This document shows positions 1 to 12,652 of a stretch of 64,000 nucleotides of DNA, piece after piece. The DNA lies in contig JARDVH010000059.1 in assembly GCA_030324005.1 (NCBI GenBank), positions 60,810,900-60,874,899 on the forward strand, given 5' to 3'. How positions within the stretch are numbered: the first letter of the stretch is position 1; each line of letters opens with the position of its first letter. The position numbers and the translations under genes are program-made. The DNA comes from Negaprion brevirostris. Taxonomy: Eukaryota. The notes under the pieces were generated by a model, which had not been told where the DNA came from, made no database searches, and saw only the letters and a list, made by a program, of their open reading frames with translations.

Positions 1-1094
1 ACCCCATATCAGTTGTGTGAAATGTGTACAATATGAACTGATCATTATTATTGCCATCGAGCTTGCAGTAGCAGCCCATAGTTGTCTGGCTGGCTGCTGG
101 TTTTGGTGGCATGCCGATCAGCCCTGCCAAGAAAGTGTTTGTTAGCATCAGCTGTGGCAAATGCTGCATGGAGTAGATTTCCCCCAAACAACTTTGAATT
201 TAATTTGCATATTAATAAAGCAATGTAATATGTTGCATGTGTAATTAGCGTTAACGGGTGAGAAGTAGGATGCATGAGTTGATAAATGGAGAAACAACTG
301 AGTATTTGTAGAGTCAAGGTAGCCTAAATTTAGGCTAATGTAATATAAGTAGACCTAGGCCTACAGATGCTAGATCCAAAAACTGAAAATATCTGAATAC
401 AATCAGCCCCAAGGGCTTCAAATAAAAGATACTTGCCCTGTAGTGGAAAGCCAATTAACGTTGTACTTAAAACTGCTAGCTTTGTGTTAGTTGTGTGATA
501 TATTGCTCTAATAGATTTGTCGAATTGCTGGTTGTTTGCAGCAGGAAAATCATCGGAAACTGCATTCAGGGTCTGAGAGATTCTATGAGCAGTACCACAG
601 GAGATCGATGACTTTGCTATGAATCCATGTAGCTGTGTCTCCAATTCTTCCCACATGCATTACTGGAACATTCATTTAAAAGTCTTTTTCTATAGAAATC
701 AGTCACTAGTTTGATAGTCTTTCTCTGGGTGAACCATCACAAAGCATTTCAATTTTTACTTGGTTTCCCTTAGCCATTTATTCATTTGATGGAGATGACC
801 TGACAAGGTATTGCCGATGTTTTGCATTACAAAGATCTCTGGTGGCTTTAATTTCAAATTTTATTTCATTGAATTGCGCTGTAAGAATGAATCTTAACAG
901 CAAAGTAGATTTTAAAATAGTAGAAATTCATTTCTAACAGCTCAGCTTTCTAATTAGACTAATTCATATCAAAAAGAAAGCACTTGCATTGAAATGCCAA
1001 AGAATTTCACCAAACACATTACACGATCGTATGCTAATATTTAATTTGAAGCCCTTTATTTCTCTACAGCACCACTTAAAGTTGAGTATTGTTA

Positions 1095-1389
1095 GGCGGC
1101 ACAGTGGTACAGTGGTAGCACTGCTGCCTTGCAGCACCAGGGGGCCTGGGTTTGATTCCCAGCTTGGGTCACTATCTGTGTGAGTTTGCACATTCTCCCC
1201 ATGTCTGCATTGGGTTTCCTCCTGGTGCTCCGGTTTCCTCCCATAGTCCAAAGATGTACTGGTTAGTTGAATTGGCCATGCTAAATTCTCCAAGTGTACC
1301 CGAACAGTGCCAGAATGTGGTGACAAGGGGATTTTCACAGTAACTTCATTGCAGTGTGAATGCGACTAATAAATAAACTTTTAAACTTT
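1095..1389 (+). mobile_element. tRNA-derived V-SINE (HE1-like), tail type B
   Basis: tRNA-like head GGCGGCACAGTGGTACAGTGGTAGCACTGCTGCC...GGGTTTGATTCCC; V-domain GAGTTTGCACATTCTCCCC..GGGTTTCCTCC.GGTGCTCCGGTTTCCTCCCA; tail ending AATAAATAAACTTT. Confidence 0.85.
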
Positions 1390-1777
1390 GTGTTTAATAT
1401 CCTCCTTAGTACACTTGTTACATGATTATTCTGTAGGGTTGAGTTGAACAGGTAGGCTTGTGTCAAATACCTTTGTTTTCTGCAGTTGTCTTTTGTAATG
1501 ATTATGCTGCATCAATGCAACTAATATTCTCACCAGCTGACAAGGTTATCTGGTTTCTGATCTGTGTCCCATTGCTGAAGTCCCAGGTGTTTTTTTAGTG
1601 TGGAAGGGCATAGTGAATCCAATTCCGTGCCATTCCCCATTTCTCCAACAATACCAATGTTGTTGGTCCTGAGAAATTTGTACAAGATACTTGCTTATTC
1701 ATTGGAAGGATTACAAAAACAGTCTGTCCAAAAATGTACAGCTATTTTACCCGATCACATGGTCAGTGTCCTATAAT

Positions 1778-1953
1778 CATATAGAATAAAATCGCTACAG
1801 TGCACAAGGAGGCCATTTGGCTCATCANNNNNNNNNNNNNNNNNNNNNNNNNNNNNNNNNNNNNNNNNNNNNNNNNNNNNNNNNNCTGCTAATCCCCCTA
1901 ACACTAGGGTTAATTTAGAAGGCCAATCCACCTAACCCACTCATCTTTGGACT
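1778..1953 (-). mobile_element. V-SINE 3' fragment (CR1-type tail A), spans a gap
   Basis: CTACAGTGCACAAGGAGGCCATTTGGCTCATC ... GGCCAATCCACCTAACC.ACTCATCTTTGGACTG. Confidence 0.65.
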
Positions 1954-2171
1954 GAACAATATGAAGTGAACAATCCAAACTGTTTTGCATTGACTATTTC
2001 ACAGGCTTAATGGGTTGCAATGACAACTGCAATGATGGCTGATTCATGAACACTTTGCCGGAAATAAGCCAGTTAGTTATAGAAACTATTATTTGAGTCC
2101 TAATAAAGTGCAAGACAAGGTCGTCATTTTCTTTCTTACTCAGCAAATTGCTGCTGTGTATGTTAATGTTC

Positions 2172-3240
2172 AGGGGATTTGAGCAAGACTGGCAAGACCA
2201 GCATCTGTTGCCCATTGCTAATTGTCCTTGAGAAGGTGTTGGTGCACCGCCAACCTAAATCACTACACTTCATCTGGTGTATGATACACCCACTGAGCTG
2301 TTAGGAAGAGCGTTCCAGATTTTTGACCCAGCAACAGTGAAGGTACAGCGATTATAGTTCCAAGTGTGTGGCTTGGAGGGGAACTTGCAGCTGGTGGTGT
2401 TCCTATGAATCTGCTGCCTTTGTCCTTCTAGAAGATAGAGGTCACAGGTTTGGAAAGTGTGCTGAAGGAGGCTTTGCAAGTCCATTGCATCTTATGTATA
2501 GTATTCACTGCTGCCACCGTGTATTGGTGGTGGAGGGATGAATGTTTGAGGTGGTGAATGGGGTGTTGATCAAGTACGTTGTTTTGTCCTGGATGGTGTC
2601 AAGCTCCTTTGAGTGCTGTCATCCTGGCAAGTGGAAAATATTCCATCACACTCCTGATTTGTCCCTTTTAGATGGAAGCCAGGCTTTGCAGAGTCAGAAG
2701 GTAAATTACCCACTACAGAATTCCTAGCCCCTAATCTGCTCTTGCAGCCACAGTATTTACATGTCTTGTCCAATTCTGGTCAATGGTAATTCCCAAGCAT
2801 GTTGATGGTGGGGGAATTGTGATGACAATGCCATTGAATATCAAGAGATATGGTTAGATTTAATCTTGATGGTAATCATTGCCTGGCACCATAATTGTTA
2901 CTTGCTGCTTACCATCCCAAGCTTGAATGTCGTCCAGGTCTTGCTGTCTATAGACAGAGTTGGGAATGATACCAAGTTAAGATAGATTTTTGATTGACAA
3001 GGGAGTCAAGAGTTATGTGGGGGGCAGGTAGGAAAGTGGAATTAAGACCATTGTCAGATCAGCCATGACCTTACTAAATGACAGAGCAGGTTCAAGGGAC
3101 GAATGACCTACTCCTATTTTTTATGTTCCAGCACTGTGTGACCATCAGCAGCTATCCCTATTTGTGACCTTACAATGGTTTAAAAAGGTCACAAATGAAG
3201 CAGCTGCAGACAGATGGGCCTAGGACACAACTCCTGAGGN
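2172..3240 (-). mobile_element. Decayed LINE (CR1/L2-group, second family) with a CR1 3' fragment (+, ~2965-3128) inserted
   Basis: The minus strand ends ...CACCTTCTCAAGGACAATTAGCAATGGGCAA.A.ATGCTGG.CTTGCCAG; RT C-terminal remnants such as FTVAGSKIWNALPNSSVGV. Confidence 0.7.
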
Positions 3241-4084
3241 NNNNNNNNNGAAGCAAGTGTTTCTTTTCAGCTTCTTGTCAGGCTCATGACTTGTAACTGA
3301 TCTTTGGAAAATTAATAAAGACATTCAGCCCTTCAAGGTACATCCTAATACCCATTTTCCAGCCTTCTCTCACTGCCCTGAATACAGCTTTTGATCTATA
3401 ATTGTAAAATTAAAATCAAATAATCCATTCACCGTAGTTAATGGTTAAATTTACTAAATATACATATATTTTCTCACTTTGTCAGCCTCTCATATCTACA
3501 GAGAATGACCCAAACTTATAGGAAATATATACAGCATGCATACCATTAAAAGAACTAAACGTCACTGTCAGTGATATTAAATACAAGTTAGTTCTTCCAA
3601 TCTTGCAATACACAAGGACAGCATTACATTTGCTGATGATACACTTGAGTGTTTAACCCTGTTGGGATGAAACAGTAGTTATGAAGAACAACTGAATAAT
3701 CTAGTTATTTGGAGTGTGTTTTACATTGTGGGGAAAACAGTGATTTATGGTCCATATCCAAGACTATAATTCTGTGAATGTGTCTTTTTTTAAAATGATA
3801 AATGCAATGCAGGAGACAAGTGAATTTGTTTTCAAGTGGCAAAACAGTCAATTTAGGTTATCTTAGACGCAGTGGGCAGCAGACACAGCAGCATGAAATC
3901 TCTTTGCCTTTGATTATACTTAAATAGTGATGCTAATTACCTTGATGTATTCTTAATGGTGCTAGCAAATGTATGCTATTGTCATTATGTTTTCAAGAAT
4001 TTCAATGCCATTGTAAATATTTTTATCATTGGAAGTTGTATCTTGAATCATCCAAGCCATAAAAATGGGACTTTTTGCATGCTT

Positions 4085-4284
4085 ATAAGAAACAGGAACA
4101 ACAGTGGTGCATTTGACCCCTGGCGCCTGCTCTGTCATTCGGTAAGATCATTGCTGATCTGATTGTAGCCCCATAACTCTTGACTCTCATTTAATCAAAA
4201 ATCTGTTTAATTCAGCTTTGAATATGTTCAATGATGCAGCTTCTATTGCTCTCCATGGAAAAGAATTCCAAAGACTAACAACCT
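4085..4284 (-). mobile_element. CR1-like LINE 3' end fragment
   Basis: Reverse complement of the CR1 3' UTR (GATCAG..ATGATCTTA..GAATG..GAGCAGG). Confidence 0.6.
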
Positions 4285-5577
4285 TTTTATGGAGTAGACA
4301 GAAATGGGTCATTTTCCAGTTAGTAGGATGTAACAAGTAGTGTGCCACAGGGATCAGTGCAGGAGCCTCAACTGTGTATGATTCATATAAGCGATTTGGA
4401 TGAAGTGACTGATGTTTTGGTTGCTAAATTTGTTGATGATGCAAAGATAGGTAGGAAAGTAAGTTGTGAAGAGGACAATTTTCTTCTTTTAAGGTGCAAG
4501 GATCGAGGTTTAAAAGAGATGTATGAGACAAGTTTTTTTTAACAGAGGGTAGTGGGTGCCTGGAACCTGCTGTCGGGGGAGATAGTGGAGGCAGATACAA
4601 TAGTGACATCTAAGGGACTTCTTGACAAATGCATGAATTGCTTGGGAATAGAAAGGAAATGGTCCCCAGAAGGGTAGGGGATGTTAGTTCAGATGGGCAG
4701 TATGGTCGGTGCTGGGCTGAAGGGCCTGTTCCTGTGCTGTAATTTTCTTTATTCTCCTTTGTTCTTTTAAGGACATGAGGCTACAAAAAGAATATGAATA
4801 GATCAGGTGAGTGGGTAAAGATCTGAAAAATGAAGCATAATGTGGGGAAATATGAGGTTGAATGTTTTGGAAAGGTGAATAAAAAAAATATATAAATGGT
4901 AAGAGATTGCAGAGCTCTGAGATGCAGATAGATCAGTGTGTCATAGTGCATGCATCGCAAAAGATTAGCATGCAAGTGCACAAGTAATTAGGAAAGCTAA
5001 TTCCAAGAGGAATTGAATACAAGAGTAGGAGGTTAGGCTTCAGTTATACAAGGCATTGGTGAGACCACATCTGAAGTATCTGTACATTACTGGTCTCCTT
5101 ATTTAAGGAAAGATGTAAATGCATTGGAAGCAGTTCAGAGAAGCTTTACTACATTAATACCTGGAATGGGCATGAGGAAACGCTGAACTAAACTTCATCC
5201 CCTAAATTTAGACGAGTAAGAGCCAACTTGATTGAATCATGTAAGATCCTGAGGGGACTTGACAGGGTGGATATGGAAATGTTTTCTCCTTTGGGAGGAT
5301 CTAGAACTAGTTTTAAATGAACAACCCCTTTTTTTAAAACTGAATGAGGCAAATTATTTCTGAGGGCTGCAAGGCTTTGAAATTCTCTTTTCTCACAAGA
5401 TGGTTGGGTTAGTCTTCGAATGTCCTTAAAATAGATTCTTGATAAACAAGGGGGTGAGGGGTAGGCAGAAATGTGAAATCGACATTAAAATTAGATCAGC
5501 CGTGGTCTTATTGAATGGTGGAACAGACTCGAGAAGCCAAGTGGCTTAATCCTGCTCCCACTTCTTGCGTTCGTATC
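4285..5577 (+). mobile_element. CR1/HER1-like LINE RT and 3' end, with a nested CR1 3' fragment at ~4480-4768
   Basis: VPQGSVQEPQLCMIHISDLDE...KFVDDAKIGRKVSCEED, the CR1 RT signature PQGSVLGP / KFADDTKxGG. Continues after 4770 to a CR1 3' UTR. Confidence 0.85.
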
Positions 5578-5584
5578 TCTAGAC

Positions 5585-5990
5585 ATAAATAGGAGAACCC
5601 TTGTTTTAAAGTTGTGTGCTATAGTTCTAGATTCACCACGAGGGAAAACCTGCTCTTGCATCCATTCTGTCAATTCCACTCCGAATCGTGTATGTTTTAG
5701 TAAGATCATCTCTCATTCTCCCAAACTCCAGTTGGCTACTCCTGCTGAACCTTAAAGTCAACCAGTTCATTTCTGAGAATTAGCTGGTGAATTTTCTGAA
5801 GTGCTTCCAATGCAAATATATCTCTGAGTAAGGTGAGTAAAACAGTACACAGTACTTGAGATGTGGGGTCTCACCAATACCCTGTACAGTTGCAGCAAGA
5901 CCCCTGTACTTTTATACCCCATCCCTCTTGCAATAAAGGCCAGCATTCCACTTGCCTTCCTAATTACACGCTGTACCTGCATGCTAATTA
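5585..5990 (-). mobile_element. CR1-like LINE fragment
   Basis: Minus-strand ORF MQVQRVIRKASGMLAFIARGMGYKSTGVLLQLYRVLVRPH is a typical CR1 ORF2 C-terminus. Confidence 0.8.
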
Positions 5991-6399
5991 TGTGTGCAGT
6001 GTGTAATTCTCAGGGGCTTTAATCTAAAATTCTACAAGCATTCTTAGAAATTGAACAATCAATTAGGTTATACATACCATGCCCACAGTTAGTGAGGCAC
6101 TTTTCCCTCTACGAGAGAACCAAATACTCTGCATCATTCTGCTGTTTGCTTCATATGTCCTCTATCCAAGTCTCTGCACGAGAGCAGGTTTTATTTGGCT
6201 ATGGGTATCACAGTTACCTACCTGAGTATTTAGCAAAAGCTGCCGTCATACTCAAATTTGTAATATTCCTTATTATATCACAAAATATCAATTATTTGCT
6301 GACATTGAGCTTCAGGGTAGTTCTGAGGCAGTGCTGCCTTTGCAATGAGAAATTATGCATGTTCAGGTTTGTGTAAGAGATCATGTTACTATTCAATAA

Positions 6400-6595
6400 A
6401 GAATAATTCTCCTGAACAATACCTCTCCTTCAGTGCCATTAAGTGGTTGTGCGTTAATTTGCATTTGTGAGTCCTAACTTTACCCATATTGGTTACTGTT
6501 GTATGACAACCGTGACTACACTTCAGAAGTAATTCATTGTTTGAAAAGCACTTTGGGATATATCGAGATTGCAATAAGGTACTATAATACATAGC
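6400..6595 (+). mobile_element. Deu-domain SINE (SacSINE1-like) 3' fragment
   Basis: ACAACCGTGACTACACTTCAGAAGTAATTCATTG..TGAAAAGCACTTTGGGA matches the recalled Deu-SINE tail. Confidence 0.55.
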
Positions 6596-7914
6596 TTCTG
6601 AGTAACTATAACCAGGCCATGTAATCTTGAGGGATGGATTCAGTGAGGTTACAATATTTCGGAATTAATTTACAATGCTGCTTTGTAAGGTACTGACATC
6701 CTTCCCCAAAAACAGATCAAAACGTGCCGAGGGTATCTTGATTTGAAGTCTGCTCTTTAGAAAGTGTAAAATCAATGACAGCCAGAAATGATCAGGATGT
6801 TATTCAGCATTTGTCAGTGCAGATGTTCATTCACTGCACCCAGATTTGGCATCAGCTCCAGATGAATCAGAACACCCGTACCATGGGTGCAGCCCAATGC
6901 TGTAAATGATCTCCTCTTTGTGGTATGATTAGTAAATTACATGTGCAGCTTAAAAAGGAAAAGCACTTCCCTGAAGTGCACCCTACCTCTTTCAAAGAAA
7001 CCTGGAGTTCAGAATTAAAGGCATTATCCTTGCCTTCATTCAGTCTTTTTTAGCACAATAAAGGGAATAAGTCTCATCATGTGGGATTCTCTGAATAGTG
7101 TGATGATGTTCCTTTGGTAATTTGTAAGTTTAGTGTTGCTGTGGGTTAATATATTTGTGTATTGATTGTATCTATGATTAAAAAAGTGATCCAAAATTTT
7201 TCCATTGCATCAACCAGAACAAGCAATTTTGTTCTATTTCCTATGCAACATTGAATTATTCATGTTTTTGAGCAATTTGCAGGCTTTGTTTTTGATTTTT
7301 TCCAAATGCGTGTATTCCAGCTGTCAAATTTCAAATAACTCATTCTCAAAGGTGAAAACTGATGACACTTTCAGCCTGAATGCTATGTTTTAAAAAAACT
7401 CATGTCCTAATTATGATGATTTGTTTTTATTTTGCAGTTCATATCTAAAAGGCACTGAATTCCTTTAAGAATAAGGCACCTGAATATAGTGTCAGTAACC
7501 TTGCTGTCTAATCATCACCAAGAGGAAAGTTCATACTCACTTTTTAATAATGGTTTAAAATTGGCAAAATTTTACTGCTGAATTTACACTGCCAACCTAG
7601 CTAAATAGGTGAAGACCCTTTTGACTTGAGCCTTGGATTTTAAACATTGCTTATCTGAAATTATGCTAATTGCCAAGAGCCCACTGCACAAATAGCTGTG
7701 GAGGAGTTGGCGGATTGGAGTGTTTCCAGATTAAGGGCCACGTGTGATTGTAGTTTATATCCTGATCATCCTAATTTAGGACATTGAGGCTGACGGTGCC
7801 TTTTTGGCAGTTGTCAATCCATTACAATAACTCCTTAATGAGATTCTATTGTAGATTAAAGGAAATCTCTGTTTCTTCTGTGCCTTTGTTTGGTTTCAAC
7901 TGGATCAAAGGAAA

Positions 7915-8708
7915 AGAGAATGGATTTACATCTGTACAGCACCTTCTATAATCTCAGTTCCAAAGTGCTGCACCATGAGTGCAGCCCAAGGCTATAAACT
8001 ATTTGTAAATTATGTTCCAAAGTGCTATACAGCCGAAGAAATATTTTTGAAGTGTGTACACCATTGTAATGTGCATTGATCAATTTGCATATTGCAAGAC
8101 CTCATAAACAGCAATTTAATAACTGGCCAAATAAATGTTGTTGGTGATGTTCATTTAGGCATGAGTACTGTTGAGGATACTTCTGCTCTTCAATTAATGT
8201 CTTACCTGCATTGAGACTGGAGAGTGAACCTTGTTTAATGTCTTATCTGAACAGTGACAACTCTTGAGTGCAGCACTTCTTGAGTATTTCACTATTGTGT
8301 CAGTATAGATTGTGCACTGAAATTTCTGAGGTGGGACTTGAACCCAAAACTTAGAAACATATAATCCCTACACTGCAGGAGGTCAATTGGCCCATCATGC
8401 CTGCACCAACCACAATCCCACCCAGGCCCTACCTCCATAATCCCACATATTTACCCTGCTAATCCCCTAATCAACCTAACCCGCACATTTTTGGATTGTA
8501 GGAGGTAACTGGTGCATCCAGAGGAACTCATGCAGACATGGGGAGAACATGCAAACTCCACACAGACAATGACCTGAGACCGGAATTGAACCCGGATCCC
8601 TGGTGCTGTGAGGCAGCAGTGCTAATCACTGTGCCACTTCTTCTGTCTCGGAGGTGAAAAAACCTTCTGTCTCAGATGAAAATGCGACCACCATTCTAAG
8701 GCTGACAC
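7915..8708 (-). mobile_element. Deu-domain SINE (SacSINE1-like) interrupted by a V-SINE
   Basis: The minus strand has the GGGTTCAAGTCCCAC head at ~8345, ...GTGCTGCACT..TTCAGAT.AGACATTAAAC and the Deu tail. The head resumes at 8638-8708. Confidence 0.7.
8352..8637 (-). mobile_element. V-SINE (HE1-like), tail type A
   Basis: Complete tRNA head, V-domain and CR1-like tail on the minus strand. Confidence 0.85.
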
Positions 8709-9190
8709 TTGAAAAAATGTTCTTGAAGAATATGTACTGAAGTTAATGTCTTCATAGCAAAAAAACATTCCAGAAGTCTTTGTTGGGGAGAATAAAACCT
8801 CGTAACATATGGGAGAATATTCACTGATTTATAATTCTTCAAGATGTCTGTGGTGTGTAAAGTTCTTGGTGTTTCATCTGTGTCTCTGCAGCAAGATCTT
8901 TGAGTTTGGACAGCAAAAGGTAACTGCTTATTGGGATCGCTAATGAGAAGATAACTGACACATTATAAAGAGTTGCGCTAGTGATGTATTAAAATTCTGA
9001 TGACAAGCTAAAACAGACTAGAGATGCCTATAGGCATTTCATCAAAGTAAGCCACTGTGACATTTTAATTTTTGCTAATGCAAAGATGATGGAACAACCT
9101 TTTTAATATTCCAATAAATCAAGCAAAACGTTTTAAATGTGGCTTTTTCTGTGCTACTCTCTTTTGTGATGAAGGGATTCCAACTAATAA

Positions 9191-9502
9191 AGTTTAAAAT
9201 TTATTTATTAGTGTCACAAATAGGATTACATTAACACTGTAATGAAAATACTGTGAAAATCCCTTAGTGGCCACACTCCAGCGCCTATTCAGGTACACTG
9301 AGAGAGAATTTCGCATGGCCAATCCACCTAACCAACATGTCTTTCAGAGTGTGGGGGGAAACCGGAGCACCCGGTGGAAACCTATGCAGACACAGAGAGA
9401 ATGTGCAGACTCCGCACAGACAGTGACCCAAGCTGGGAATCGAACACAAGTCCCAGGCACTGTGAGACAGCAGCGCTAACCACTATGCCACCGTGCTGTC
9501 CC
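9191..9502 (-). mobile_element. V-SINE, tail type B
   Basis: Reverse complement of the element at 1095-1389. Confidence 0.85.
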
Positions 9503-9594
9503 AAAGTGAAAAACTACTCATTGTCCTCAACAATATTCATACCTTAATCAACATCACAAAAAACGATTATTTGACCAGTTATTAAGCACTATTT

Positions 9595-9939
9595 CATAGA
9601 ATTGTAGAATTCCTACAGTACAGAAAGAGGCCATTCAGCCCATTGAGTTTGCACCTACCACAATCCCACCCAGGCCCTACCCCCATATCCCTACATATTT
9701 ACCCACTGATCCCTCTAACCTACGCATCTCAGGATACTAAGGGGCAATTTAGCATGGCCAACCAACCTAACCCGCACATCTTTGGACTGTGGAAGGAAAC
9801 CGGAGCACCTGGAGGAAACCCAAGCAGACACGAGGAGAATGTGCAAACTCCACCCAGACAGTGACCCAAGCCAGGAATTGAACTCAGGTCCCTGGAGCTG
9901 TGAAGCAGCAGTGCTAACCACTGTGCTACCGTTCCACCC
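9595..9939 (-). mobile_element. V-SINE (HE1-like), tail type A, nested in a Deu-SINE remnant (9510-10030)
   Basis: Full head and V-domain; the flanks join into a Deu-SINE core. Confidence 0.85.
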
Positions 9940-11752
9940 ATTATGGGACCTTGTTATGTGCATATTGACTGTTGCACAATACCATGGTGTATACACTTCA
10001 AAAGTATTTCTTTGGCTGTATACCAGTTTAGAACATAACTTACAGATAGATAATCAATTGTGATAGTGAGATCCATGCATTAATAGAAAGAAGTTGCAGC
10101 TTTTAGTCATGTTACCCAGTTTCATAATAATGAATTGATAGCATCCATACCAATTTCCTCCTCATAAAAAGCCAAAATGGAATTCCAATGTACACAAATT
10201 GTATTGTGGATCCACCAACACAAACACTATCTGAATTGTTTCCACTTCAGGCAGGAAATCATTAATTTGTGACCATATAAAATGTTTGCATTATGAAGTA
10301 TCTTAATCTTGTAGAACTTTGACATCATGATTGCTTTGTCACTGAATATCTGAAACCATATAATCTTTCCACCTACATAAGATTGCCCATTCTCATTCTT
10401 GCCTTATCAGAAGCAACTTCCAGCCATACATACCTGCCACAACCTATGATTGTCCAGCTCTAACCATTTGTCCATCTCTTCCTCCACGCACCTCCTTGTT
10501 GGTGTGAGAATCTTCAGCCATCTTGANNNNNNNNNNNNNNNNNNNNNNNNNNNNNNNNNNNNNNNNNNNNNNNNNNNNNNNNNNNNNNNNNNNNNNNNNN
10601 NNNNNNNNNNNNNNNNNNNNNNNNNNNNNNNNNNNNNNNNNNNNNNNNNNNNNNNNNNNNNNNNNNNNNNNNNNNNNNNNNNNNNNNNNNNNNNNNNNNN
10701 NNNNNNNNNNNNNNNNNNNNNNNNNNNNNNNNNNNNNNNNNNNNNNNNNNNNNNNNNNNNNNNNNNNNNNNNNNNNNNNNNNNNNNNNNNNNNNNNNNNN
10801 NNNNNNNNNNNNNNNNNNNNNNNNNNNNNNNNNNNNNNNNNNNNNNNNNNNNNNNNNNNNNNNNNNNNNNNNNNNNNNNNNNNNNNNNNNNNNNNNNNNN
10901 NNNNNNNNNNNNNNNNNNNNNNNNNNNNNNNNNNNNNNNNNNNNNNNNNNNNNNNNNNNNNNNNNNNNNNNNNNNNNNNNNNNNNNNNNNNNNNNNNNNN
11001 NNNNNNNNNNNNNNNNNNNNNNNNNNNNNNNNNNNNNNNNNNNNNNNNNNNNNNNNNNNNNNNNNNNNNNNNNNNNNNNNNNNNNNNNNNNNNNNNNNNN
11101 NNNNNNNNNNNNNNNNNNNNNNNNNNNNNNNNNNNNNTAATTTAAATAGATTTCTATGGATTAATGTTCACGTCATTGCTGTTTGAGATCTTGCTAAGTT
11201 AAAAGCTGCTATGTTGCCTACAACAACAATAATGTATTAAAGAATCAATGCATTTCAAAGTAATTTATCGTACATAATCCAGAAATGTTTCAGCTTTTTG
11301 TCGAAGTCCTTCTGTTTTACAAGATTGCATTTAATTTTTAAATTTTCATTTTTAAACTTGTAGGTGTGACATCTTTACAGGACCAAAAAGAGAATGCACA
11401 GGTTATAGAGTTCAAAGTGCCCAACTAGTTTATTCCTGTCGATTATATAAAAGCACAATTGGCCATAAGTGGGTACATTCTTCTTCTCTCTTCTTGATTA
11501 AAATATTACACAAAAGTTCAAATTCCTCGCAACTCATTCTTATTTACAAATTCAATTTAACCACTGATTTCCAGAAGACTGGAACCACTGGAAGGAACAT
11601 ATTTCCTTCCTCGGCCTAAGCTTCCAGAACTAGGAAATGGATCTTGACCCACCTTGTTCTGAGCCTGAGAAGATGTCTTATAACAGAAATATTTCTCCTA
11701 ACTTTCAATTGAGTTTTCCACTTCAGACATGTCTCTCTGACTCTGATACAAT

Positions 11753-12652
11753 GGCCCAATTTTACCATTGCATTGTGCCCAAAAACTTGGTAAAGTCGGG
11801 CATGCGACAATTAGCACAATCTGCGCCCACCTCTGCACCAGTTCCCCCTTTACCAAGGCCCGAAAATAGCCACAATTTGTACCGTGCCCAAAATGGGCGT
11901 GATGTCTATTTATATGTATTTGCATGCATTTAAATTGACTTAATATGCTGCATGTCCAACTTTACCACTACTTCCCTCTTTACCACTGCATTCGCCCATC
12001 TGGAATTGGCATGAAACAGACATGCTTCATATAAGTCCAATTTGGGCGCTCCATCGGTGAGGGTTAGTGCGGAGCTAAGTGGCCAAGTGTCCTATGGCTC
12101 TCTGTTTGAAATTGGTGGCTGGGGGTGGGACGAAAGTGGGTCCACTTCCAATCTGCTTGGGATCGGTGGGAGGGCAGGTGGTGAAAGGGGGGTCTGCTGC
12201 CACATTGCCTGTGATCATTAGGAGGACGGGGGGTCCACTGCAACTCTGCCTGTGATCAGTGGGGGGAAGGGGTGACAACTGCCACTCTACCTTAGATCGG
12301 TGGGGGAGAGGCCTACAATTGGTCTGGATGGTGGAGTTGGTGGGGATAAGCGAGTCAATAATGTTGTGGTGGTGGAGCAATTGGGAGCCGGGGGAGGCAT
12401 TATCTGGCCTGGGAGAGCAGCATTCTATCTTTTTTTTGCACACGCGTAGTTGGAGGCACTAATAGGAGCTGCAGGGTTTCGGGCATGTTATGCCCTGTCC
12501 ACAGGCCTGTGCAGCGTGATTCAGACTCGCTGATATTTTTGTAAGCAGAGTGCATATGGGAGCACTGGAGAATGGGTCTAAAAGTTGGATCTGAAACACT
12601 CCCAGTTTCAAGCCTGCCCAACACTTAGAATCAAAATGGTAAAATAGGGCCC
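11753..12652. mobile_element. Non-autonomous DNA transposon with terminal inverted repeats (TIRs), PIF/Harbinger-like
   Basis: TIRs GGCCCAATTTTACCATT (11753-11769) and AATGGTAAAATAGGGCCC (12635-12652), both flanked by AAT (3-bp TSD). GC-rich interior. Confidence 0.7.

Noticed and set aside
1095-1170. tRNA gene
   Set aside because: A/B-box-like head that continues into a V-domain and tail in many copies: a SINE head, not a tRNA.
10450-11145. Long ORFs here and at 18817, 39731 and 47870-48452
   Set aside because: Almost entirely N-gap translated as X.
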